Notes under the pieces: generated by a model
What the model saw: the letters and a program-made list of their open reading frames with translations, nothing else
The model's database searches: none
What the model was told of the DNA's origin: nothing
DNA from: Chiloscyllium plagiosum
Lineage: Eukaryota
DNA: 64,000 bases
Assembly: GCF_004010195.1 (NCBI RefSeq)
Contig: NC_057755.1
Span: 10,456,954-10,520,953, forward strand
Direction of reading: 5' to 3'
Position numbers and translations under genes: made by a program
Shown: piece after piece, positions 1 through 12,210 of the stretch
Layout of the letters: every line of letters starts with the position of its first letter
Position numbering within the stretch: the first letter of the stretch is position 1

Positions 1-175
1 TTCTTCCTGACCTCTCAGCCCCCACACCCACTCTCACCCTCACCTTAACCTCCTTCCACCTATCACATTTCCAACGCCCCTCACCCAAGTTCCTCTTCCA
101 TACCTTTTATCTTATCCTGCATGGCACACTCTCCTCATTCCTGAAGAAGGGCTCATGCCCGAAACGTCGATTCTC
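1..175 (+). mobile_element. 3' end of a Penelope-like element
   Basis: C-rich tail ending cctgaagaagggctcatgcccgaaacgtcgattc, nearly identical to 30400-30545. Confidence 0.85.
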
Positions 176-2900
176 TGTTATGGACTGAGCCAAACCAATC
201 GAAACATTCGTAAGCAGGTAGCCCCAGACCAGTTATTTTGGTGAGTATGCAGTGAAAATTACCCAAAGTATGATAGCTAGATTAAAATGAGGACTCCAGA
301 TCCTGGAGCTCAGAGTCGAGAATGTAGAGCTGGCAAAACGCAGAGGTCAGGCAGCATCCGAGGAGCAGGAGAATCGATGTTTCAGGCATAAGCGCTTCAT
401 CAGGAATGATGCTGAGAGGTAAATGGGAGGAGGTGGGGTTGGAAGGAAGGTAGCTGGGAAAGCAATAGGTGAATGAAGGTGAGGGAGAAGGTGACAGGTC
501 AGTGGGGGAGTGATGGACGGGTCCAGAGGGCGATGCTGAGTTGCAGCCTTAGGACTTGGAAAATTTAGGAGGGATAGGAATAAGGAAGCTGTTGAAATCC
601 ATATTTATCCTGCGTGGTTGCACGGTTCCAAAGCAGAATATGGGGAATTCCACCTCCAGGCATTGATAAGTAATGGTTTGGTAGTGGAGGAGGCCCAGGA
701 CCTTGCACGTCCTTGATGGAGTGGGAGGGGGAGTTGAAGTGTTCAGCCATGGGTGGGTGGGATTGTTGGGTACGGGTGTCCCAGAGATGTTCTCTGAAAT
801 GGTCCTATCTCCCCGCCGTAGAGGAGACTACACCGGCTGCAACTGATGCAGTAGAGGTACAGGTAACTTTCTGACCGATGTGGAAGCATTCCTTTTGGCC
901 TTGGACGGAGGTGAGGGGAATGGTGAGTGCACAGGGTTTGCACTTCCTGCAGTGGTAGGGTAAGGTGCCAGGAGTGGGGTCTGGGCTGGTGGGATTGGGT
1001 ACATGATGAGGGAATCGCGGAGGGAATGGTCATTTTGGAACGCTGATAGGGGTGGAGGGAATGATATCTCTGCTGGTGGGGTCCATTTGGTGGTTTTGGA
1101 AGTGGCGGCAGATGATGCATTGTATGCGGAGCTTGGTGGGGTGGAAGGTGATGACCGGTGTGGGTTCTGTCCTTATTGCATTGGGAGTGGTTGGATTCAT
1201 GGGCAGTGGTGCGCAAAGTAGAGGAGTTGTGCTGGAGATCATCATCAAACACCTTGAATGGAAGTTCCAATCATGGAATAACGAGGCCATCTGGGACTTT
1301 CTGAATTTGAATCGTTCATTCTGTGAACAGAGAGGCGGAGGCAGAGGAATTAGGAATAAGGGATGGCGTATTTCTAGGAGGTGTAGTCTAGGTAGCTGTT
1401 GGAGTCGGTCTGCTTGAACTATATGTCTGTGGTCAATCCATTACCAGAGACAGTGATGGAGAGGTCCAGGAAGCTGAGGGACGTTTCTGACATAGTCCAG
1501 GTGAATGTGATTGGGATGGAAGGTATTGGTAAATTTGATGAACCGTTCAACCTCATTGAGGGAGCACGAGGCAGCGCTGATGCAGTCATCGATATAACAG
1601 AGGAACAGGTGGGCGTGGTGCCGGTGCAACTACGGAAGATCGACTGCTCCACATATTCCACCAACAGGTACACATAACTGGGTCCCATGTGGGTGCACAT
1701 GGCTACCCCTTCGATTTGGTGGGAGTGGGAGGATTAGAAGGAGCAGGTGGACCAGGTCAGCCAGGCGGATGAGGGTGTCAGTGGAAGGGTACTGGTTGCG
1801 ATGGCGTGAGTGATAGAAACAGAGGGATATGAGACCATCGCCATGGAAGATCGATTTGTACAGGAACTGGATGCCCGTGGTGAAGATGAAGTGTTGGGGC
1901 CAGGGAAAGTAAAACCTTGGAGGAGGTGAAGAGCATGGGTGATGTCACGAACCTAGGTTGGGAGCTCCTGGACCAAGAGGGGGGCAGGATGGTGTCGAGG
2001 TAGGAAGAGATGAGATGGGTGGAACAGGTGCAGACTGAGGCAATGAGTTTCCTCATTTTCCCTCCCCCCTCCCACATTATTGTAGTCACAAGCCTCCAAC
2101 TCGGCACCTCCGTCTGGACCCGTTCCATCAGTCCCCCCACTGACCAATCACCTTCTCCCTCACCTTCATCCACTTATTGTTTTCCCAGCTATCTTCCGCC
2201 CAAACACCCCCCCTCCTATTTATGTCTCAGCCCCGACCCACAAGCCTCATTCCTAATGAAGGGCTTATGCCCGAAACGTTGATTCTCCTGCTCCTCGAAT
2301 ACTGTCTGACCTGCTGTGCTTTTCCAGTTCTACAGTCCCGACTAAGATTGCTTGGATGACTGACTTTGATTATTTTAAAACATACAACAAATTACTCACA
2401 AAGTCACACAATGGAGCAGAAAGAACAGAATAAAGAACCCCTACATAACTCAACCTATCCACCTAGAATTAATTATGCTGTTCCGAATATACACAACACT
2501 CCCAACAAGCAAACTCCCTTTAAAGAAAACTGTATAAATGCAACACGTGCTTCCAGGTTGAAGTTGAAGGGCAGAAAAAGACACAGAGAGAAAGAGGTTC
2601 CAAACAGCTCCCTGTTAAACTTCTCACTCGTTCAAGACTGAACTAAAAACTGCTCAGCTCAGCTACAGAGCTGACCTCTCCCCTTTTTTTATACTGGTCA
2701 CTTAGAAAGCATGACCACTTTGGCCTGAAGTCTCATCTGTTTACATATGAGCAAAAGGCCTCTCAAAATTCATTTCATCGCTGTACAACATCAGACTGAT
2801 CGGAGCCTGTCCTGTTTTATTGTCCCCTGAAATAATTCAAGGACAGAATCTCCTTCACCAAGGAACAGGTTATGGAAAAAAAAGAATAGCTTTGTGCCGC
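176..2900 (-). mobile_element. Solo LTR-like element split by the Penelope insertion (pieces 176-283 and 2345-2900)
   Basis: Minus strand ends ...GTCCATAACA. Shares ggaacagcatNattaatt and ttattctgttct with the LTR-like element at 32660-33186. Confidence 0.6.
284..2343 (-). mobile_element. Penelope-like retroelement (degenerate RT and GIY-YIG) with an inverted terminal copy at 2045-2343
   Basis: Minus-strand fragments GTHMGPSY, FLCYIDDC, LSFLDLSI, YCISCSRCSLLY and AEHFNSPSHS. The same 3' tail is present at both ends in opposite orientation. Confidence 0.92.
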
Positions 2901-3834
2901 TATATGTATAGTATATACAAAGCAGAATATTATGCTTGAAAACAGAAGGACGGTCTTTAATCAGTTCGGTGTTCACTGCTCTATAATGGAAGGCGTTATA
3001 ATAACGAAATAGAATATGTTCAAAATTATCAAGGCACCGTAGATTGGGATAAAGTAGGGAAAGACTCAACTTTGAGTGATTCAAATATTCTCATAGAAAG
3101 TTTTCTGATAGGTAAGAGCATAAATAAAAATTACTAAACACCTTCTCAACATACAGAAAAGTTAAACTTTTTTGTACTGAATATAGTATTTATTAAATAA
3201 AAATAAGAGTCAGTGCAGAACATTGCATAAGAATACAGTGTGATGAGTGCGCTCGAATGAGTAGCCTTACTCTTTGCAGACGCTTCAGTAAAGAATTGAA
3301 ATTATAAATTTGGAAAAAATGATTAATTAGATAATTTGACAAGCACTCACTCATTAATTTTTATTATCTATAATAAATACAAAGTATATTAAAATAAGTT
3401 ATATACGTAATATACATCATATATATGATATATGATGTATAATATGTATATTACATGCAATATTTTGTATGTACATTATATATGTGTATATATGTATATG
3501 TGCATGTCTCTGTGTGATATGCAATCCAATTCCTCTGAGTCGATTCTCCACTCTTCAATCACAGAATGAATTCAGGAAAAATAAATATCAGAATGGCAAT
3601 CAATTTCACATGTCTGCATTACATGAGCACCTTTACAAACTTTATTCAAGAGGACAAGATGAAATACTCCTGTGGCAGTTGCAGACTGATACTCCCTCAT
3701 TCATTGTTGGAACGTTGAAACAAAGACTTTTATTGAGCCCGTTGATAATGTGATTGAGCTGTGAAGTTGTAATTTTATGAGCAGTATAGTTCTTTAGAAT
3801 GAAAGCAGTTCTACTAATTTAATCAATTTAACAG

Positions 3835-3900
3835 CTTCTGATGTGAGCACTCAAACATCTTGGAGTGATTCTACTGTAGACAGAAAAGATATTTCGAAAG
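3835..3900 (+). pseudogene. 66-nt phase 1-1 micro-exon, copy 1 (donor mutated to AT)
   Basis: tttaacAG|CT...AAAG|ATAAGG. Reads (A)SDVSTQTSWSDSTVDRKDISK with no stop. Homologous to 6817-6882 and 9231-9296. Confidence 0.55.
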
Positions 3901-4865
3901 ATAAGGGTTAAAATATAAATTCCTGAACATCTTCCCGACATTACTGACAAAGACCTCAAATGCAGCATTTATTAAAACAGAGACGACCGTCAGGACATTA
4001 CTTTCAATAAAAGTATATTGCGTTTAGACTGTTGTAATTGTAAGGCAAAGTAAAAATAATTGCAAAATTTGCTGCATACAAATACCTTGGAAACCATTCA
4101 AATTAGAAACTTATAGGGTATTGTTAACCAAATCTATTGAGGTGTCATGACTACTTTTGGATAAATGTGAGCAATCACTGCAGGGGCATTTATAATTTAT
4201 TATTGAATTCATTTGAGTTCACTCTTCACGTTCTAACCAGAGAATGAGAATAAGAAATAAAACTGTCGTCAGCGAAATCAATTTAAAATGTTTTGTCTAT
4301 AAATGCAAATATTGCATCGCTCCTGATGATGGAGAAAAGATTCAAAGACAAACAGCCAGAAAGGTGCTTATATGAGCTGCTAAAACCGAGTATTAAAGGA
4401 AACTTGCCAGGGACAACAAAACGACATGAAATCTTATTTGACTAAAATACGACCTTCCTTTGAGTTTGATGCGAATCAGTTTTATTCCCATTATTTGTAT
4501 GTTATCTCTACGATGTTGATAGCACTGAACGGAATTCAGAAAATTGAAAACAGTACAGAAATGTCACCCTAGTTGATACTGAATGAGAAAGATGTTTTGT
4601 TTGCCGAACGTTTGTGAGACAGTTCAATGGAAAAGTGTCAAATGTAACAGAGCAAAAATAGCTTGCGATAATACATTGAGGAACCTTTTTTTAAGGAGGG
4701 TGCAATTAGAAATAGGTGACTGGCTTTTGAAAATATTACGTGAATTCGCGCAATCTCAGGGTAAAGAAAAAGTCACCATAGATGTACTCTATCAGTTGAG
4801 AGCTTTAACCAGTGGTAGTTTGACCAGACGAATCATTAAACCTCAGACAAGGCGAGTGATTCGAC

Positions 4866-5560
4866 CATAATAGACAATAGACAATAGGTGCAGGAGTAGG
4901 CCATTCGGCCCTTCGATCCAGCGCCACCATTCACTATGATCATGGCTGATCACCAACAATCAGTGTCCTGTTCCTGCCTTATCCCCATGACTCTTGATTC
5001 CACTATCTTTAAGAACTCTATCCATCTCTTTCTTGAAAGCATCGAGAGACCTGGCCTCAGCTGCCTTCTGGGGCAGAGCATTCCATATATCCACCACTCT
5101 CTGGGTGAAGACATTTCTCCTCAAATCTGTTCTAAATGGCCTACCCCTTATTTTTAAGCTGTGTCCTCTGGTTCTGGACTCACCCATCAGCGTAAACAAG
5201 CTTCCTACGCCCAGAGTGTCCAATCCCTTAATAATCTTATACGTCTCAATCAGATCCCCTCTCAACCTTCTGAACTCAAGTGTATACAGGCCCAGTCGTT
5301 CTAATCTTTCAACATATGATAGTGAAAGTCCAACCATTTCGGAAATTGACCTGGTAAACCTACACTGCACTCCCTCAATAGCCAGAATGTATTTCCTCAA
5401 ATCTGGAGAGCAAAACTGCATACAATACTCCAGGTACGGCCTCACCAGGGCCCTGTACAGCTGCAGAAGGACCTCTTTGCTCCTATACTCAATCCCTCTT
5501 GTTATGAAGACCAGAATGTCAATAGCTTTCTTCACTGCCTGCTGTACCTGCATGCTTGCT
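4866..5560 (-). mobile_element. CR1-clade LINE, 5'-truncated
   Basis: LYRALVRPYLEYC...LEFRRLRGDLIETYKI...WNALP C-terminal region, with a repeated tagacaa tail. Confidence 0.92.
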
Positions 5561-6816
5561 GCTGTTGAGAAACAGAGCCCTGCAATGTTAATTTGCATTA
5601 CAATTGCAATGAGCTGGTGGAAGGATTAAATGGTGGCCTCATTAAGTGTTCCACAATCCAACTGAGCTAACTGTGTAAACATGCAGTCAATTGTTGGATG
5701 CGGCAAGTGGTCACCAAGTCGGAGAGAATATCTGACCAACAAAAATAGAAATTGCTTGAAATACTCCTCATTTCTGATAGCATCTGCGGAGAGAAAACAC
5801 AGCTAACATTTCTGGTTGAGTGATCCTTCCTCAGCACTGAACGAACACATGACATTGATATCTGAAGCAAAGAACAAAAGGAATGCAGCTTCATGTTACC
5901 ATTGTGAAAAGCACAGATGCACTGTTGTGTTTTATGTTCGTAATTTGGAAGGATGTAACTCTGTAAGACAGAGTGACTCAATATATATTTTATAGACAGT
6001 GGAAGATTATGCATGAAAAGAGAAGGATAGTCTTTATTCAGTTCAATGTTCACTGTTCAATAATGGGCCGCGTTATGACAACGAAATAGAGTGTGTGCAA
6101 AACTATCAAGGGAACATATATTGCGACAAAGTACGAAGTGATTCACAATTGAGTAATTCAAATACCTACATAGAAAATATTCTGAAATGTAATTATACAA
6201 ATATACATTATTAAATACCTTCTCAACGTTCTGAAAAATTATACTCTTTTCAAAGAAATACAAGAGTCAACACAGAATGTTGTTTCAGAAAACAGCTGGT
6301 TAAGTGCGCTCGAATTGGAAGACAAAAGGAAATGTAATTGTTGGCCTTGATTGTAATTGCTTCAGTAAGAAAAATTGAAATCATAACTTGGTAACAAATT
6401 GTAAACTAGATTATTTGACATTCGATTATTAATTTTCAATAAATAGATACATAACTGCAGGGACATAAATAGTTTGCAGTTCAATACCTTTGAGTTCATT
6501 TCTCCACTTTAAAACCGAGAATGAATTCAAGAAAAATGAAATCCTGATCCACAACTAATTTCACAAGTTTGCATTGCATAAGTGCGATTTCAATTTGTTT
6601 TGCATTTCACAAATAGAATCCACAGTTCTGTGAGGAAAAGATGAAATACACTTATTTCCGGCACAATGCAGACTGGTCTTTCACTCACTGTTGGAACCTC
6701 GAAACAAAATACTTAATTGAACTTGCTGAGAATGTGACTGAGCTCTGAATTTGTAGTTTTGTGAGCTGTGTAGTTGTTCAAACTGACAGTAATTTTACAA
6801 ACATCTCTTTTAATAA

Positions 6817-6882
6817 CTTCCAAAGTGAGCATTCAAACATCTTTGAGTAACTCGACTGCAGACATAGAATATATCCGGCAAG
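6817..6882 (+). pseudogene. 66-nt micro-exon, copy 2 (acceptor mutated to AA)
   Basis: ttttaatAA|CT...CAAG|GTAAGT, a perfect donor. Reads (A)SKVSIQTSLSNSTADIEYIRQ. Confidence 0.55.
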
Positions 6883-9230
6883 GTAAGTGTAAAAATTTAA
6901 ATTGCTGTACATCTTCTCGAAATTGCAAACAAATAGACTTCAATTACCACATTTAAAAAAAACACTGATGACAAGATGCTGTACAGATGACAATATTCTG
7001 TAAAATATTACTTAATTAGAGTGCTGGAATTGTAATGCAAATTAATAGTAATTGCTGAATTTATTGCATACACATACTTCAGAAATCATTTAAAGTCGAA
7101 ACTTTTAAGGTATTGTTAACTCGATCTTTTGAGGTGGGATGACTATTTTTGGATAAGTGTGAACAACGCCTGCTGGGAAGTATATAGATTGTCATTCAAT
7201 TCCTTCGAGATCGTTTTTCAATTTCTTACCTGAGAATCAGAGCAGGAAGTAAGTAAGATGTTGTAAGGGAAATCAATTTTAAATGTTGGAGTCTAACTAT
7301 GCAAAAACAGCGTAGATCCAGATGATTGGGAAAAGATTCAAAGACCAGCCAACAGCGCCACGAAGCAGCATAAACTCGCAAAAGGGAACATATTAGAAAT
7401 GTACCAGGGGCATAAAATTATTTTTTTAAAAAATTATAATTACATAAAGCAAGGTCAGGAACAATGATGGCTTGTTAAAGACAGAAAGTGTAGTATTTTC
7501 GATGACTTTGGGGAAAGGGCAAACCTGTTGAAATTATTTTCCCTCAGTACTGAAAGTTGAAAATGTCATTTTGTGAAATATCAATTACTTTCCTCCCTCC
7601 TTTTGCATTCGGCAAGTCAAAGATAAGTCAAAATAATCAACAGCAAAATGAAGTTGTACATGCCGGTACAATTACAACTTTTGAAAGACATTTGGAGAGG
7701 TGCATGAGTAGGAAAGGTTTACAGGATATGGGCGAAATCGAGCAAATTACGCTGGTTTAATTTGTAATATAGCTTAGTTCAAATGTTCTATTTCTGTGCT
7801 GTATGACTGTATCATTTTAGATATTACTCGAAGATCAAATCTGTGAAATTATGAATTTCTTCACGTCATTACTCGGCGAAGTAAATATGATTAATGCCTC
7901 ATTATGGTCTGAACCAACATTAAGTCCTGAAATGTAAAGTTCAGAGGAGACAAGGAAAAGTGACAGGAAAGATCAAATAAATTTTCTGAGTTACAGGAAG
8001 GAAAGGATAGCGAGTAAGGAATGTTTATATATCTACAATGCCTTTTTAATGATGTCATCACTGACTGGTCCCCTATCCAACTGAGCTAACTGCTTATATC
8101 ACGCATTCAATTAATGGAAAGGTCAGGTGGTCACACAGTCAGGGAGAATACATGAACAACAAAAACAGAAAGTGCTTGAAAAGCTCAGGAGATGTGGCCA
8201 CAATTGTGAAGGGTAATCAGGCTTAATGTTTCCGGTTGAGTGACCAGTTATCAGAACTGAACGAAGAGATGACGTTGATATCTTAAGCAAAGTACAAAAG
8301 GAATATAGGGTCATGTTAAAATTGGAAAAAAAATCACTGAGAAATCATTGTTTTATATTCTATGATTGGAAGTAATGTGGAAAGATGGGAATGTATTAGA
8401 CAGCATAACTCGATGTATATTTTGTGCAAAGGAGAATATTATGTATGTAAGCAGTTAAGACAGTCTGTAATTGGCCAGATGCTGACTTTTTAGTACTGGA
8501 TAATGAAATGATAACTAGATCCAGTGTGTGCAATACTATCAGGACATCAAATATTGTGGACAAAGTAAGAAATCGATCATCTTTGAGTGTTTCGAAAGCA
8601 TGCATGGAAAATATTCTGCAAGATAAATGTACAATATCAAATTATTAAAAATCAATTCAACATTCAGAAAAAAATAAACACTTTCACTTAATTTGGAGTT
8701 TTATTTAAACAAAAAGAGCACAGAACATTGTTCAAAAATACAACGTCATGAATGTGTTCGAATCGTACGGCAAAAGGAAGAAGTAATCGCTGAACCTATT
8801 GCTTCCAAATGCTTCAGTAAAGAATTGAAATCATAAACTTTTAACAAATTTTTAATCAGATCTTTTGACATTCGATCAATAATTTTCAAGAAATGTGTGC
8901 ATAATTTCAGGGAGATTAAGGGCCTGAAACTCAATTCATTTAATTATTTATTCTCCACTGCAAACCAGAGAATGAATTCAAGAAAACGAAAGTTCAAAAT
9001 GGCAATAAATTACATTCCGCAACTAAAATATACAATGTTGTGAGGACAAAAAGAAATAAAATAGAGGCATGCACAATGTAGACTTGTACTCGCTGACTCA
9101 GTTGAGAATTGGAACCTAGGAACAAATTCCGACAGTAAGCCTGTGAGAATTTGATTTCGCGGAAGTTCTAATTTTATGATTTTGTGTAGCTCTTTAGTGA
9201 AAGTAATTTAACAAACATATATGCTAACAG

Positions 9231-9296
9231 TTTCCAAAGTAATCACTCAAACACCTAGGAGTGCTTCAAATGCAGACGTAAAAGATACTCAACCTA
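9231..9296 (+). pseudogene. 66-nt micro-exon, copy 3 (donor removed by a deletion)
   Basis: gctaacAG|TT. Reads SKVITQTPRSASNADVKDTQP, then runs directly into sequence that lies about 200 nt further downstream in copies 1 and 2. Confidence 0.5.
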
Positions 9297-9689
9297 GAAA
9301 CTTTCAATATATTGTTGACTCAATCTTTGAGATGGGATGACTAATTTTGGATAAATGTGAGCAATGGTAGCAATTTGTAATTCAGTTTCTTTGAGATCGA
9401 TTTTCACTTTCTAAGGTCAGGAGTACAATGTTGTAAGGGAAATCAAGTTCAATCGTTTAGTCTACCCATACAAAAGCAGCGGAGATCCAGATGTTTTGAA
9501 AAAAAAACATAGAAAGACGACCAAATAACCACGAAGAAGCTTATATGAGAAAGTAAAAAAGAATATGTTAGAAAACTTGCCAGGGACATCAAGTGTTAAA
9601 ATAAAACTTTATATCAATGTAAAGGAAGCTCAGGAACAACAATGACTCGTCAAATAGAGAAAGTGGGGATACATGTATACTCCTAACCA

Positions 9690-10090
9690 TCTCGTTAACT
9701 TAGATGAGGAAACTAAATCTAATATCTCAAAACAGCAGATGACACAAAGCCGGGCGTGAGGGTGAGCGGTGAGTAGGATGCATAGATGTTGCAGTGTGAT
9801 TCGAATAAGCTGAGTGACGAGGCAAATTGATGGCAGCTGCCATATAATGTGGATAAATGTAAAGGTATCCACTCTCATAGCAAATTTGGAAAGCAGTTTA
9901 TGTTTTTTTTATATCTGTATAAAGGATTCAAACACTGGAACAAGGACGTTTTGCTGAAATTACTCAGGGCAAGCATGAGGCCAAACTTGGAATATTGTGT
10001 GCAGTGTTGTCTCTCTATCTGAGGAAGAATGCCCTTATGGCAGAGAATGGTGCAGTAATAGTTAACTAATTTGTTTCCAAACATAGCTGG
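9690..10090 (+). mobile_element. CR1 fragment
   Basis: Degenerate tataatgtggataaatgt...aggccaaacttggaatattgtgtgcag (RPxLEYCVQ). Confidence 0.7.
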
Positions 10091-10109
10091 AACTTGTGAA
10101 ACTAGAGAG

Positions 10110-10525
10110 ACAACCTCATGATACGAGACGGCTTAATGTTACGGGGAGCAAGAGTTATTCTCGCGAGGAAATGGCGCCTCAAAATACTGGCTGAATCCCA
10201 TCAGGGTCATCAAGCATATGCAAAATGAAAGTGTAGTTGACGGGTTATGCCTGGTGACCAGGCCTGGATGCAAGCATAGCAAGATTTGTAGGGCCTCGAT
10301 TGCATGTCAACTATGCAGGCTTATTATGGGTAAAAATCCCCTTAGTCAGTGAGGCTGCTCACAGGCAGTTGAATGTGCAAAACGGTCCATTCATTAACAC
10401 TGGGAGGAGTAAAAAAAGAATGCATACATCTTTCACAAAACACGGAGTCCTGGAAATGTTGGTCACAGAAAATGGATTAATGTTTATCATCAGGGAATTT
10501 GGTTATTTCTTAAAGACAAATTAGT
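10110..10525 (+). mobile_element. Ty3/Gypsy integrase remnant (second copy at about 11100-11640)
   Basis: Degenerate ILAELHxGHxG...KMK...SYVWWPGLD zinc-binding region and HGVLEMLVTENG core motif. Confidence 0.75.
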
Positions 10526-12210
10526 TGTGATATTCTTAATTACATATATTTTAATCTCTTCAGAAGATTAAATTTCCTTCATTGCATTTGATTGGCAAAT
10601 GTTTATTTCCACATAATTATTTGCATTGCTGCAAAAAACATTCTAAGTTTTTCTTTTCGTATTAGGAAAATTGGTAAGAAATACCAATGCGAAGTAAAAG
10701 AAACAATTCAATGGTATTCAATTGATTGTTTGGAAAAAGACACTTTTGAGAAAAATTGTTGCCATGGAACATACCTTAACCTATCTGCGTCCTCTTGCCC
10801 CCACTTAACACTCTTTTCCAGAAAGTAGACGTTTTATTTTCCCTGTGTATTGCTAATTCTTACGTATTATCCTGATGAGTGCAAATGCAAACCATTAAAC
10901 TTCATCTAGCAAAGTCATGTTCTTTCTGATCAAATGGCTAATTCAATTTTATGGTTCATTGATATAATGAATTATTTCTTCATATTGAAGGGATAGAGCT
11001 TCAGCACAAAGATCATCTACAAAAACTGACGAAGAGACTCAAATTCACACTTGTGACACGAAATCAGTTTGCAAGCGTGTTCTTGGTGTAGAAGGGGTGC
11101 AGTAAAAGTTAACCAATTTGACTCCTGGAATGGCAGGAATTTTTGAATCCAGTGAATCCAGCTCATAGTATGGGATGGCACATTGTTACGGTGAGCAAGA
11201 GTGATTGACCTGAGCAAAGGTCACCACACAATACTGGCTGAACTCCTCCAAGGTCTTTCAGGGATCTGCAAAATGTAGATGTTGGTGAGGAGTTATGTCT
11301 GGTGACTAGGCTTGGATGTAGACACAGTCACATTCTGCAGGATACAGAGTGTCAACAAGGACAAACATTACTGAGAATAAATCCCCATATCTGTGGGAAT
11401 GGACAGACGAAGGACTGAGTTGCATGTTAACAATGTGGGTGCTTCCATGTGTTCAATCTTCTTCATCATTGCAGATGTTCATAGTTGTTGGATGTGCAAA
11501 ATGGTTAACCCATTAAACATTTGGGAGGGCAATAGAAAAATTCCATGCCTCTTATTCAACACACGGACTCCTGGAATTACAGGTCACAGATAATGGAACA
11601 ATGTCTATTACTAGGAAAATTGGTTATACCTGAAAGTCAAATTCTTTGCAACAGTCTTATTATCATATAATTTAGCCTGTGAAGTAAAAGGTTAAATTCC
11701 CTCCAATGCATTTTATTGGTAAATAGTTATTTCCATACAATCATTTGCATTGCTGTAAAAATAAACATTCTGTCTAAGCTTTTCAGTTTTTGCACATCAG
11801 AACAATTGGCAAGAAATACCAATGTGAAGTAAAAGAAATAATTCAACTGCATTCAACTGATGACTTGTCAAGGATACACTTATGAGATAAAGTGTTGCCC
11901 TGGTAAATGCTTTAACCTATCTGCGTCCTTTTGCTCCCACTTAATACTCTTTTCCAGAAAGTGGACATTTTATTTTCCCTGTATATTGCTAATTCTTACA
12001 TATTATTCTGATGAGTGCAAATGCGAACCATTAAACTTCATCTAGCAAAGTCATTTCTTTATGATCAAATGGCTAATTCAATTTTATGGTAAAGTCATAT
12101 AACGAATTATTTCTTCATATTGAAGGGATAGAGCTTCGGCACAAAGATCATCTACAAAAACTGACGAAAAGACTAAAATTCACACTTGTGACAGGAAATC
12201 AGTTTGCAAG
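10110..12210 (+). repeat. Tandem duplication (about 1.1 kb unit) of a Gypsy integrase remnant plus the NLR1 intron end and the first ~85 nt of the NACHT exon
   Basis: 10780-11074 is nearly identical to 11915-12210, including atattgaAG|GGATAGAGCTTC...TTTGCAAG. Each copy is preceded by integrase-like debris. Confidence 0.9.

Larger units (their letters stand above)
2900..9665 (+). repeat. Diverged triplicated block (about 2900-4440, 5640-7490 and 8040-9665)
   Basis: Collinear shared words, for example gcttcagtaaagaattgaaat, gagaatgaattca(a/g)gaaaa, gactaNttttggataa(a/g)tgtga and ccagggaca. Copies 2 and 3 also share tccaactgagctaactg and the same small repeat insertion. Confidence 0.85.

Noticed and set aside
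4994..5629. 211-aa plus-strand ORF
   Set aside because: It is the antisense shadow of the CR1 reverse-transcriptase C-terminus.
8982..8993. ISRE/IRF-like site GAAAACGAAAGT (also AAGTGAAACT near 42705)
   Set aside because: It is a short motif in AT-rich DNA, is not conserved in the other two copies of the block, and has no known start site nearby.
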